A stretch of DNA of 19,712 nucleotides, taken from Microcystaceae cyanobacterium (GTDB lineage: Bacteria; Cyanobacteriota; Cyanobacteriia; Cyanobacteriales; Microcystaceae). The notes beneath the pieces were generated by a model. The model saw only the letters and a program-made list of their open reading frames with translations. It was not told the origin of the DNA and did not search any database. Positions 8,701-16,651 of this stretch are shown here, one piece after another (position 1 is the first letter of the stretch; every line of letters starts with the position of its first letter). The stretch is taken from assembly GCA_041746575.1 (NCBI GenBank), contig JBGTGT010000044.1:1-19712 (forward strand), read 5' to 3'. Made by a program: the position numbers and the translations under genes.

Positions 8701-9310
8701 TAAGGCGATAAATTAAGATTACACCTAAGCTATTGCTCCCTAAACCCGCCAGAATCGTCAAAATTCCTGCTTTAATAAAGGGAGCCTGAACCTCGCTTAA
8801 GGGAATTTTGGACACTAATCCCCATTGAAGGGAAGTAATCGGCTCATAAGCGGCCAGCATTCGGCGATTTTGCGAATCTAAACCTACCATTACCCCAGAT
8901 TGTCCCATTAATGCCCGTCTTATGGGTTCACTGCCTCGATGCTGCCAAGAAATAAGCTGAGGATGGGTTAATCTCCCTGCTTGATGATGTAAAAGACAGT
9001 TAATGTGCTGGTTTTCGTATTTAGCAATGATCAGTTCTGTACTTTGATTGAATCCTTCCAATGGTTGATAAGCGTTCTCTAACGTTTGTAAAATCGCTTT
9101 TTCAGCCGCCGAAAGGTCACTGGGAGCTAAACAATTACCACAGGACAATGCTTCAATTAAATTGGCTTGATTGAGGACAAGTTCCCTTAATCGGGCTTGC
9201 GTTTGCCGAAAGGTAGTGCGATACAAAATCCAAAGGGCTATGCCCGCCACCATTAAAGAAACAAGGGTTGTAGTTAACATCAAAAGTAGCAATCGCTGAC
9301 GGTGACGCAC
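5585..9310 (-). CDS. Membrane-anchored multi-PAS sensor (2 TM with Cache-like loop, 7 PAS/PAC + 1 truncated PAS); 5' part of a split diguanylate cyclase
   Basis: Two hydrophobic helices flank a YEPI...WGLVSKIP Cache-like segment. PAS/PAC ends occur at DITEE, DITER, DVTLK, DITKR, NITQL, DISQR and DITEK. The eighth PAS breaks off after EEYRIVRP, and no output domain is in frame. Confidence 0.85.
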   Translation of the reverse strand: MRHRQRLLLLMLTTTLVSLMVAGIALWILYRTTFRQTQARLRELVLNQANLIEALSCGNCLAPSDLSAAEKAILQTLENAYQPLEGFNQSTELIIAKYENQHINCLLHHQAGRLTHPQLISWQHRGSEPIRRALMGQSGVMVGLDSQNRRMLAAYEPITSLQWGLVSKIPLSEVQAPFIKAGILTILAGLGSNSLGVILIYRLSSTLAHDLEGVENALLQEHQLITLFLDTVGSLIIVLNPAGKIVRFNKTCEKVTDYQEQEVLGQFFWDIFLIPEEREGVKTVFQLLTTQGYSLCHENYWLTKTGKKRYILWTNAILRHSNGQIAYVIGTGMDITEEREIRQELQQLNENLEKQVQRRTRTLKRELLLSAKIMETSPVGILLLNPDGKIMIANERSQSILGIHSTQSSNSFIFALPDAQWTYFQGNPIPDEDLPYQKVMRTHHPLYQCHCSLRWTEDIQSFLSLNAAPLLDENRQLQGIILTLEDITERMREQKEKLSQEAQFRAIFDNAVLGIALVNQEQTIMQSNYALTSILGYSTAELAHKHLSDFLCPNSDDYALIYSPCLQQAEASATPLEQCLICKNGVKIWVHIFASVILQEDSLIPLELVMIEDVTLKKQAQDIQNQLIRRNESFIQALGEIVYEHDVVEDIIEWRGRYTELLGYNSEEIGNSSHAWLSRVYPDDLSKMLAEFDRAFLENKLYDLEYRFRHQQGHYLWVHDRGVMLGEKAGKPEQVIGIMLDITKRKERETELQATKDQLNTILSNISDGISVFDPDHRLIYVNTVLAHSMGYDSPEAMLKEWNEQTLSDKFELFDENGDGFPLEQLPSRLALKGQIVQPTIMRFHLKKAKQPQWSIVQSSPVFDEQGKVKLAVTITHNITQLKQTEISLRESEDRYRTIIETVNEGILMLDENGEIIFANEILAQMLGYPLREILGMSIFIFMDDRNRQLLKYHLAALRQGKAHHYDLELITNQGYAIWTTISSNPLLNEAGNYSGSLSLVTDISQRKQIEEALRESEEKLRAILNAIQDALLLIEPQGNILIANQTVAQRLGTSLDQLLSSNLFDYLAPELRSNYWAKIIEAIYTRKLIQFEDRQFDKERQEERDINHCIYPIKDHSDHITRIAILSQDITEKKQAEIALQESEERFRLLVENIEEVLWINPADPRQVIYISPAYEKIWGRSSHSLYEEGTSWLDTVYPDDRKKQETALEKMAQSGVYEEEYRIVRPAGKSNGVILSQFR

Positions 9311-9526
9311 AGTATTATCCTTATCCTCAGTTTCTATTGCCCTATCTCTAGCTTAGGCGAGAAATTGAATGTAAATAAAATATTAAGAATAAAGACGAAT
9401 TATTTAACGATTTGGTATTTTTTCCAATGGATGAATCATTAACAATACAATATTAGCCATAAGTCAAAAGTTGACAGCCTGGGGGTTTTAGCCCTTGAAA
9501 GTTTTAAACGTTAAATCTAAGGAATT

Positions 9527-9952
9527 ATGCTACCTAATAATATGCAGAAAATTAGCACTTTTACCCTTTTTGCTGGGTCTTTATCGATTCTTTTAACCCC
9601 TCCTGCTTTATTGGCTCAATTACCCGATGAACCTGATCAATTGTATTCGTGGGTGTGTCTTCAAGGGAGCGATCAAATCTTAGTAGAAGCAAAAGATGAT
9701 AAGGCTTGGAAACCGATGATAGAAGGAACAGGATGGACGTGTGCCGAAAAAACTGCCGATGTAGGGGTCGGAACCATTAAATTCACTTGTGAACCTATCA
9801 ATGAGGATTTTTTAAGTCTAATAACGGTCACTTGGTTAAACGGCCAAGACGAAAAACGACTGATGGGACAATGGACGCACCAGCTTGCTACCGAGCAATC
9901 CATGCAGTGTACCCTTGCAAAAACAGAACTTTGGGGCAGTTTTGACCAATAA
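9527..9952 (+). CDS. Hypothetical secreted protein with four cysteines
   Basis: AAGGA precedes the ATG (alternative ATG at 9542). Sec-like signal peptide (K, hydrophobic core, P-A-L-L-A/Q). Acidic mature region with 4 Cys. I do not recognise the family. Confidence 0.75.
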   Translation: MLPNNMQKISTFTLFAGSLSILLTPPALLAQLPDEPDQLYSWVCLQGSDQILVEAKDDKAWKPMIEGTGWTCAEKTADVGVGTIKFTCEPINEDFLSLITVTWLNGQDEKRLMGQWTHQLATEQSMQCTLAKTELWGSFDQ

Positions 9953-10098
9953 TTTTTTATTTTTTTCAATATTTGGCATTATTAAAAACGCTTGCTTGAT
10001 GCGCCAGTTTTCTCTAAAAATCATTGATTTTCGAGATCTTTTTTTTCCGTTCTTTCCGTTCACCTTGTTTTTACCTTATGATTCCCAAAAATATTAAA

Positions 10099-10113
10099 AA
10101 ATTGTCACAATTT
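10099..10113. promoter_or_regulatory. Palindrome AAATTGT-C-ACAATTT upstream of hlyB (possible operator)
   Basis: Perfect 7-1-7 inverted repeat ending 35 nt before the ATG at 10149; function is inferred only. Confidence 0.3.
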
Positions 10114-10148
10114 ACGGCATTTTTGAGCTTTACCGATACCCTAAAGAC

Positions 10149-13100
10149 ATGAGTTACACCACCACTGATTACCGTCAACAACTGTCGGACATCGAGCCTT
10201 TCAATCAACTGCCTGCCGATGTTCTACGCCAAATTGCGGCGCAAGCTCAACCGTGGCGTTATCGTATGGGGCAAGTCATCTTGACGCGAGGACAAGCTTC
10301 ATCCTACGTCACCGTTCTTCTAGAAGGCAAAGTTCGTTCTCTGGGCTACGATAGCCGAACCAAAATGCCCGTTACCCTCAAACTGTTAAGGGAGGGTGAT
10401 ATTTTTGGTGGTGTAAACGCAGTACGGGATGTTCCTTATGAAACCATTATCGCTTCCACGGAGGCCTTTGGCTTAAGTTTAAGTATTAAAGACTTTTTGA
10501 ACTTAGTTGCCCAATATCCAGCGTTCCAAGAATTTTTTGAGCAACAAGCTAGTTTAATTGAACTTTATGATGTTTTGAGTCATCAATTAGAAGCCCAAGC
10601 GCAAGGAAATAGTCACTTGAGAGAGTGGGTCAATGAAATTGCACCAGAATCAGAAGTTTGCTATGTTTTTCCCGATCAGCCTTTAGATTCTCGTCTCAAT
10701 CACCCAGATTGGTTGTGGTTAGTCAGTGGCGGACAACAGGTTGACACCTATCCCGTCGGTAGTCGCTTTGTCATCAAAGAAAAATTGCCTCAGAAACCCC
10801 TAAGACTGGTCGGTATTCTCCGTGAACATTGGCAACGGTGCTTAGAGAGTGTTTCTCGGGGGGAAGATGCCTCCATCGTTTTAGCAGAAGCAATCGTTCC
10901 CCCAGACGTCCTCGAATGGCAAGAACCGATTCCCTATGCTGAGGTCGAAGTTTTAGAGGCGCAAGATAGAAAAAGAGATATCAAAGACAAACAAGGGCAA
11001 GTTGGACGTAAAACCTACCCCTATATGCGCGGAAAAGGCACAATGGAGTCTGGGGTTGCTCTTTTTCAGATGATTAGTCAATATTTTGCCATGCCCTTCC
11101 GGAAGGATATTATCCAACGGATTGTTAAAGAACAAATGAGCAGAGGCAACGATTTGTCTTTGCCCTTATGTGGAGCTATTGTTGAATTAATGGGCTTAAA
11201 CGCCCAATTAGTGAATCTACCGACAGGGGCAATCGGTCAGATTTATCCCCCTGCCTTGGTGCAGTGGCAAGGAAAGCTGGCTATTCTTTATGAAGCAAAT
11301 GTAGATGAATTTGTAGTAGGATTGCCTGAAAAAGGGATCTTACGGCTTAAAAAAGAGCCGTTTCTGCAACATTGGCAAACCGAAGTGACCCCCCAAGGGA
11401 GAGCCGTTGGACAGGTTCTTTTACTGCAAAAAACTAAAGAAACGCCTCAAGAACGCTTTGGTATTCGTTGGTTTATTCCTTCCCTCGCTAAATATCGTGG
11501 CGTCTTAATCATTGTCTTTATTGCCTCGTTTTTTGTGCAGTTATTTGGGCTGGCTAACCCGTTAATGATTCAAATCATTATTGATAAAGTCATCGTCCAA
11601 AATAGTGCGGATACGTTGCAGGTTTTGGGGGTTTTTCTGCTCATTATTGCTATTTTTGAAGCAGTTTTAACGGCTTTAAGGACGTATCTCTTTGTGGATA
11701 CCACTAACCGCATTGATATGACTTTAGGGTCAGAAATTATTGATCATTTGTTGCGCTTACCGTTACGCTACTTTGAGCGGCGACCCGTCGGGGAAATTTC
11801 AACCCGAATCAACGAATTAGAGAATATTCGACAATTTTTAACAGGTACAGCTTTAACGGTTGTCTTGGATGCGATTTTCTCTGTTTTATACATCGTGGTG
11901 ATGGTGATTTATAGTCCCCTATTAACCGCCGTTGCCTTAGGAATTGTCCCCCTGTTTGTCTTATTAACCGTTATCTTTTCTCCTACCATTCGCCGTCAAT
12001 TACGCACCAAAGCCGAACGCAATGCCGAAACCCAATCCTATCTCGTAGAGGTGATGTCAGGGATTCAAACCGTTAAGGCACAGAATATTGAACTCCAATC
12101 CCGATGGCAATGGCAAGAACGCTATGCCCGTTATGTGTCCGCTGGCTTTAATACGGTGATTACCTCCACTTTAGCCAGTTCTGCTAGTAATTTTCTCAAT
12201 AAACTATCAGGATTGTTGGTTTTATGGGTGGGAGCTTACCTTGTTCTCCAACAGAAACTCAGCCTCGGTCAATTAATTGCGTTTCGGATTATTGCCAGTT
12301 ATGTGACCTCTCCTATCCTACGCTTAACCCAACTGTGGCAAAACTTCCAAGAAACCGCCCTTTCTTTAGAACGGTTAGCGGATATTGTCGATACGCCCCA
12401 AGAAGCGGAAGAAGATCGCACCAACATTCCGATGCCCCTCATTAAAGGCGCAGTGACCTACGAAAACGTCTCTTTCCGCTTTAAACAACATGGCCCTTTG
12501 CAATTGAGTAATGTCAACTTAGACTTTCCGGCAGGTACATTTGTTGCAGTAGTAGGGCCGAGTGGAGCGGGTAAAAGCACCTTGACTAAGTTGATTTCTC
12601 GGTTGTACGAAGCCGAATCAGGGCGAATTTTGATAGATAACTACGATATTGGTAAAGTAGAGCTATACTCCCTCCGCCGTCAAATTGGTGTAGTGCCGCA
12701 GGAAACCTTACTCTTTGATGGCACAGTGCAGGATAACATCGCTCTCACCAATCCCGATGCCAGTATCGAGGAGATTATTGAAGCCGCTCGCATTACCGCC
12801 GCCCATGAGTTTGTTATGAGTTTACCCAATGGGTACAATACCAGAGTGGGGGAAAGAGGGTCAGCTTTATCAGGAGGACAAAGACAACGGATTGCGATCG
12901 CGCGCTCAGTGTTACAAAATCCGCAGATGCTCATCTTAGATGAAGCCACCAGTGCCTTAGATTATGCTACAGAACAACAAGTTTGTTTAAATTTGTTAGA
13001 AAACTTTAAAGATCGAACCGTTTTCTTTATTACCCACCGTTTAGGAACGGTTAGAAAAGCCGATGTGATTGTTATGATGGAAGCAGGGTCAGTCGTAGAA

Positions 13101-13178
13101 CAAGGCACTCATGAAGAATTAATGGCTTTACAAGGGCGTTATTATTACCTGTATCAACAACAAGAAGCCGGACTGTAA
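10149..13178 (+). CDS. hlyB: Type I secretion ABC transporter (HlyB family) with N-terminal cNMP-binding and C39-peptidase-like domains
   Basis: cNMP-like N-terminus (YRMGQVIL...LLEGKVR...GDIFG), C39-like region, ABC transmembrane domain, Walker A GPSGAGKST, signature LSGGQ, Walker B ILDEATSALD and H-loop ITHR. Confidence 0.93.
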   Translation: MSYTTTDYRQQLSDIEPFNQLPADVLRQIAAQAQPWRYRMGQVILTRGQASSYVTVLLEGKVRSLGYDSRTKMPVTLKLLREGDIFGGVNAVRDVPYETIIASTEAFGLSLSIKDFLNLVAQYPAFQEFFEQQASLIELYDVLSHQLEAQAQGNSHLREWVNEIAPESEVCYVFPDQPLDSRLNHPDWLWLVSGGQQVDTYPVGSRFVIKEKLPQKPLRLVGILREHWQRCLESVSRGEDASIVLAEAIVPPDVLEWQEPIPYAEVEVLEAQDRKRDIKDKQGQVGRKTYPYMRGKGTMESGVALFQMISQYFAMPFRKDIIQRIVKEQMSRGNDLSLPLCGAIVELMGLNAQLVNLPTGAIGQIYPPALVQWQGKLAILYEANVDEFVVGLPEKGILRLKKEPFLQHWQTEVTPQGRAVGQVLLLQKTKETPQERFGIRWFIPSLAKYRGVLIIVFIASFFVQLFGLANPLMIQIIIDKVIVQNSADTLQVLGVFLLIIAIFEAVLTALRTYLFVDTTNRIDMTLGSEIIDHLLRLPLRYFERRPVGEISTRINELENIRQFLTGTALTVVLDAIFSVLYIVVMVIYSPLLTAVALGIVPLFVLLTVIFSPTIRRQLRTKAERNAETQSYLVEVMSGIQTVKAQNIELQSRWQWQERYARYVSAGFNTVITSTLASSASNFLNKLSGLLVLWVGAYLVLQQKLSLGQLIAFRIIASYVTSPILRLTQLWQNFQETALSLERLADIVDTPQEAEEDRTNIPMPLIKGAVTYENVSFRFKQHGPLQLSNVNLDFPAGTFVAVVGPSGAGKSTLTKLISRLYEAESGRILIDNYDIGKVELYSLRRQIGVVPQETLLFDGTVQDNIALTNPDASIEEIIEAARITAAHEFVMSLPNGYNTRVGERGSALSGGQRQRIAIARSVLQNPQMLILDEATSALDYATEQQVCLNLLENFKDRTVFFITHRLGTVRKADVIVMMEAGSVVEQGTHEELMALQGRYYYLYQQQEAGL

Positions 13179-13235
13179 AAGAGACGGATTTGAACCAAAA
13201 ACCTAGCATTTAAAAACGATAACCGAAAAATTAAA

Positions 13236-14963
13236 ATGCAAACACACGATAACTTAACGAATCAACATAATAACGGTCATTCAGACGGTAATAAAGGCGT
13301 CAATTCTGCTCCTCTTGTTAAAGATGACCAAGGAAACTTTCTATCTCCCATTCCCAACACCGATCAAGCCGTTATCTTGCGTCAATCCCCCGCATGGGCA
13401 AGAGGCGTTGCCTTGGGAATTATGGGGGTGACCGTTGCGGCACTGATCTGGGCTTATCTGGCTAAAATTGAGCAGGTAGTGGCAGCCCAAGGACAATTAA
13501 AAACCAAAGATACGGTTAAAGAGATTAAAGCCCCCATTAATGGGGTAGTAGATGAAGTTTTGGTAAAAGATGGTGATAGAGTCAAACAAGGGCAAGTCAT
13601 CGTCCGTCTCGATCCCCGTACCTCCGCCGCACAACTCACCTCTTTACAAGCCGTACGAGAGGAGTTAGACCAAGAAACCCGCTTCTATCAGGCGGTAATG
13701 GCGCAACCGATGAATCAAGCGCAAATCGAACAAGAAATCCTACGCCTCAAACTGCCAGCTTCCACCGCGAATTTAGTCCGAAATCGGGTGGCTTTGATTA
13801 GCGAAAATCAATTATTTGAATTACAGTTACAACAGAGCCAAACTCCTGCCAATAGCACTTTACCCCCTGATCAAGTCGCTAGACTACAGGCGGCGCGTGC
13901 AGAGTTAGAATCGCGCGTTTCGATGATTGGGTTTGAAAATGCCCAAGTTCAGAAGCAATTAGCCCAAAATAAAAGCAAATTAGCCGACGCAAAAGCTCAA
14001 TTAGCGGTTGATAAGCAAGTGTTAGCAGAAATTAAAGGGCGTAACGAAAAGACGATTGCTGAAGCAGAGAAGAGCTTAAAAATTGAACAAAATGTCTTAA
14101 AAGACGTAGAACCGCTGATGGAAGAAGGGGCTTTAGCCAAATTACAAGTGGAACGGCAAAGACGGGAAATTATTGATCGTTATAAAACCTTACTCGAAGA
14201 TCAATCCAGAGGAACGATTGATTTTCAACAACAACAGCAACGAGTCTGGGAAAGAACGGCTGAAATTGAGCAGTTAACCGAAGAAAATAAACGTTTAGAC
14301 TACGCACTGAGTCAAGGCAAAGCCAAGCTCACGAATACGGTGGCAGAAACTCAAAAACAATTGCGAGATCAAATGGCAGAAAATCAAAAGCGCATTGCCG
14401 AAATTGATAGCCAATTAACCAAGATTATTGTCGATAATCGTAAGCAAATTGCCGAAAGACAGGGACAAATTCAACAGACTAAAATTAACTTAGAATATCA
14501 AGATATTCGTTCCCCGGTCGATGGCACGGTATTTGACCTCAAAGCCACCCGCGGTTATGTCACTCCCCCTTCCCAGGTGGAACCTTTGTTAAAGATTATC
14601 CCTGAAGATAATCTGATGGCTGAAGTTGATATTACCAACAAAGATATTGGTTTTGTCAAAATCGGCGATCGCGCAGACGTCCGGATTGATTCATTTCCCT
14701 TTAGCGAATTTGGCGATATTAAAGGAGAAGTCGTCTCTATTGGCTCTGATGCCTTACCACCTGATGAAATTAACCGTTTTTATCGTTTTCCTACTCGAAT
14801 TTCCCTTGATAATCAGGAAATGATGATTAACGGCAATACGATTCCTCTACAATCGGGGATGTCTATCAGCGTCAACATTAAGGTAAAAGAAGATCGAACT
14901 GTTTTGAGCCTATTTACCGAATTATTTACCAAAAAAGTGGAAAGTCTCAAAAAAACCCGATAA
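13236..14963 (+). CDS. hlyD: HlyD-family membrane fusion (periplasmic adaptor) protein
   Basis: Single N-terminal TM helix, lipoyl-like halves (IKAPINGVV...VKDGDRVKQGQ and IRSPVDGTV), long coiled coil, and C-terminal DIGFV...RIDSFPF..FG...LQSGM. Lies 57 nt downstream of hlyB. Confidence 0.93.
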   Translation: MQTHDNLTNQHNNGHSDGNKGVNSAPLVKDDQGNFLSPIPNTDQAVILRQSPAWARGVALGIMGVTVAALIWAYLAKIEQVVAAQGQLKTKDTVKEIKAPINGVVDEVLVKDGDRVKQGQVIVRLDPRTSAAQLTSLQAVREELDQETRFYQAVMAQPMNQAQIEQEILRLKLPASTANLVRNRVALISENQLFELQLQQSQTPANSTLPPDQVARLQAARAELESRVSMIGFENAQVQKQLAQNKSKLADAKAQLAVDKQVLAEIKGRNEKTIAEAEKSLKIEQNVLKDVEPLMEEGALAKLQVERQRREIIDRYKTLLEDQSRGTIDFQQQQQRVWERTAEIEQLTEENKRLDYALSQGKAKLTNTVAETQKQLRDQMAENQKRIAEIDSQLTKIIVDNRKQIAERQGQIQQTKINLEYQDIRSPVDGTVFDLKATRGYVTPPSQVEPLLKIIPEDNLMAEVDITNKDIGFVKIGDRADVRIDSFPFSEFGDIKGEVVSIGSDALPPDEINRFYRFPTRISLDNQEMMINGNTIPLQSGMSISVNIKVKEDRTVLSLFTELFTKKVESLKKTR

Positions 14964-14976
14964 CTTTAAATCGGGT
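14949..14976 (-). terminator. Intrinsic terminator for the kinase gene, overlapping the hlyD stop codon
   Basis: Minus strand ACCCGAT-TTAAAGTT-ATCGGGT followed by TTTTTT, 60 nt after the kinase stop. Confidence 0.6.
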
Positions 14977-15036
14977 CATCAGTAAGATTACTTGTGAGAT
15001 GAAAGGAGCGGTAGGAAGAAAGCCATTCCCTTGCGT

Positions 15037-16392
15037 TTAAGGATGAGATGAAGGACTGAGGGGATTCGGTAGGATTTCGGGAGTAGAATTCGGCGCAAGA
15101 AGGGGGTTTTCTTCAGGAATAGGCGTTAAGGGGGTTAATTCAGCCCCCGGCGGGATAATGGGTTCAGGGTACAAAGGGGTAATTTCAGGGGAGGGTTCGG
15201 GGATTGCCGTTTCTTCCGGCGTAGGCGTTTCAGTGGGTGTTGGTGCGATTTCCGGTGTTAGAGTGGGTGTTGGTGTAATGTCAGGTTCAGGGATAACTGT
15301 CACTTCAGGAGTGGGAAAGGCCTCAGGGGAAGGGGTTTCGACGGAGTCAGAGGGAACAGAACGGGGTTGAATATCTCGCTTGATAAACAAGTTAAATCCC
15401 AGAATAAACGCACCTAACATTAAACTAGCGATTAAAATGGGCAAAAAAAACCATTGCCACCACGGATTAACCGTTGCCGTTTCTGACTCTTGCTCAGCAA
15501 AAATTGGCGTAATCTCTTGATATTTAGGAGAAATGACTTGAGTTGCTGGCGTAAAAGGTGCAACTGTTTTTGTGCTGATGGCGGCTAACATTTGCTCAGC
15601 AGAAGAAAAGCGATCGCGGGGATGGAAGGCAATCACTCGCTCAATGACTTCTGCAAAGGAATCAGAAAGCATAGGCAGGAGATTGCGCCAGATAATTTCG
15701 CCCGTTTGAGAATTTTGCTCTAAATATTGCGGTGACTTACCCGTTAAGAGGAAAATTGCTGTTAATCCTAGACTGTAGAGGTCGCTAGAATACACCGGTC
15801 GACCGGCCGCCTGTTCCGAGGACATATACCCAGGTGTTCCCAGCGCAATAGAATAGGCGGTTTTACCCGTGGGATTGACCATTGTCGCTACCGCCTCTTT
15901 CATGATGCCAAAATCAATCAAAAAGGGCAAATTATCCTCAGATCGCAGAATGATATTATCCGGTTTAATGTCGCGGTGGATAATGCGTTGACTATGAATA
16001 TAAGTTAAAACGGGCAAAATTTGTCTTAAAACACTTTTAACTTCAGTTTCAGAGAGATTTCCGTTTTGCTCATGCCATTGAGTGAGGGTTACGCCTTCAA
16101 CCCACTCCTGTACGAGATAAAAATCTCCCTGCTCAGAAAAGTAGGCGTAAAGGCGGGGAATTTGCGGGTTATCTTCGCCGAGTTGTTCTAAAATAGCCGC
16201 CTCGCGTTGAAAACGTTCTTTTAACCAGTCTGGAGTCTCAGGAGACTGAATTGTGGGTTTTAGCTGTTTAATCACACACTTCCGCGCTGACGGTAAATGG
16301 GTGTCACTGGCCAAAAAAGTTTCGCCGAATCCCCCTCTTCCCAACGTTTTTATAATTTGATAACGGTTATTTAGTAAGGTCATCCTCGTCAC
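15037..16392 (-). CDS. Hanks-type Ser/Thr protein kinase with TM helix and Pro/Thr/Glu-rich C-terminal tail
   Basis: GRGGFG, VIK, HRDIKPDN, DFG, GTPGY and SDLYSLG motifs; TM segment WWQWFFLPILIASLMLGAFILGF. The start may be ATG 16383 rather than GTG 16392. Confidence 0.94.
   Translation of the reverse strand: MTRMTLLNNRYQIIKTLGRGGFGETFLASDTHLPSARKCVIKQLKPTIQSPETPDWLKERFQREAAILEQLGEDNPQIPRLYAYFSEQGDFYLVQEWVEGVTLTQWHEQNGNLSETEVKSVLRQILPVLTYIHSQRIIHRDIKPDNIILRSEDNLPFLIDFGIMKEAVATMVNPTGKTAYSIALGTPGYMSSEQAAGRPVYSSDLYSLGLTAIFLLTGKSPQYLEQNSQTGEIIWRNLLPMLSDSFAEVIERVIAFHPRDRFSSAEQMLAAISTKTVAPFTPATQVISPKYQEITPIFAEQESETATVNPWWQWFFLPILIASLMLGAFILGFNLFIKRDIQPRSVPSDSVETPSPEAFPTPEVTVIPEPDITPTPTLTPEIAPTPTETPTPEETAIPEPSPEITPLYPEPIIPPGAELTPLTPIPEENPLLAPNSTPEILPNPLSPSSHP
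15232..15275. repeat. 14-bp direct repeat with 30-nt period in the kinase Pro/Thr tail
   Basis: AGTGGGTGTTGGTG at 15232-15245 and 15262-15275, encoding PDITPTPTLT / PEIAPTPTET. Confidence 0.7.
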
Positions 16393-16651
16393 CCCATAGA
16401 TGGCTAAGCAAGCATTATTTTATTGTAAATGATAGCCATTACAAGCCGTTTGCCCCTTGAAGAAAGACACGTTTAGAGGGTGTAAAAAAATGGGAACTCC
16501 CGTGAGGGGGGATAAATCCGTTTAAAATAAGGCAAGTAATGGGGTGGGAAGCCTTTAAATTGATCAGCAATAGTTAAAGCCTTGCAATTTCCTATTTTTT
16601 TCTTCTGCTCCTTTTCTAACTTATTTATCTCTAAAAGATTCAAAGTAAACA

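Noticed and set aside
9527..9952. Small upstream protein as bacteriocin precursor or T1SS cargo
   Set aside because: It has a Sec-type signal peptide, no double-glycine leader and no RTX repeats, and the transporter's C39 domain looks inactive.
15805..15840. Kinase APE motif replaced by SSE as evidence of a pseudokinase
   Set aside because: The Glu is retained, all other catalytic motifs are intact, and such variants are common in cyanobacterial kinases.
16425..16442. GTA...TAC imperfect palindrome in the kinase/glycosyltransferase divergent region as an NtcA site
   Set aside because: Spacing is N12, not the N8 required for NtcA.
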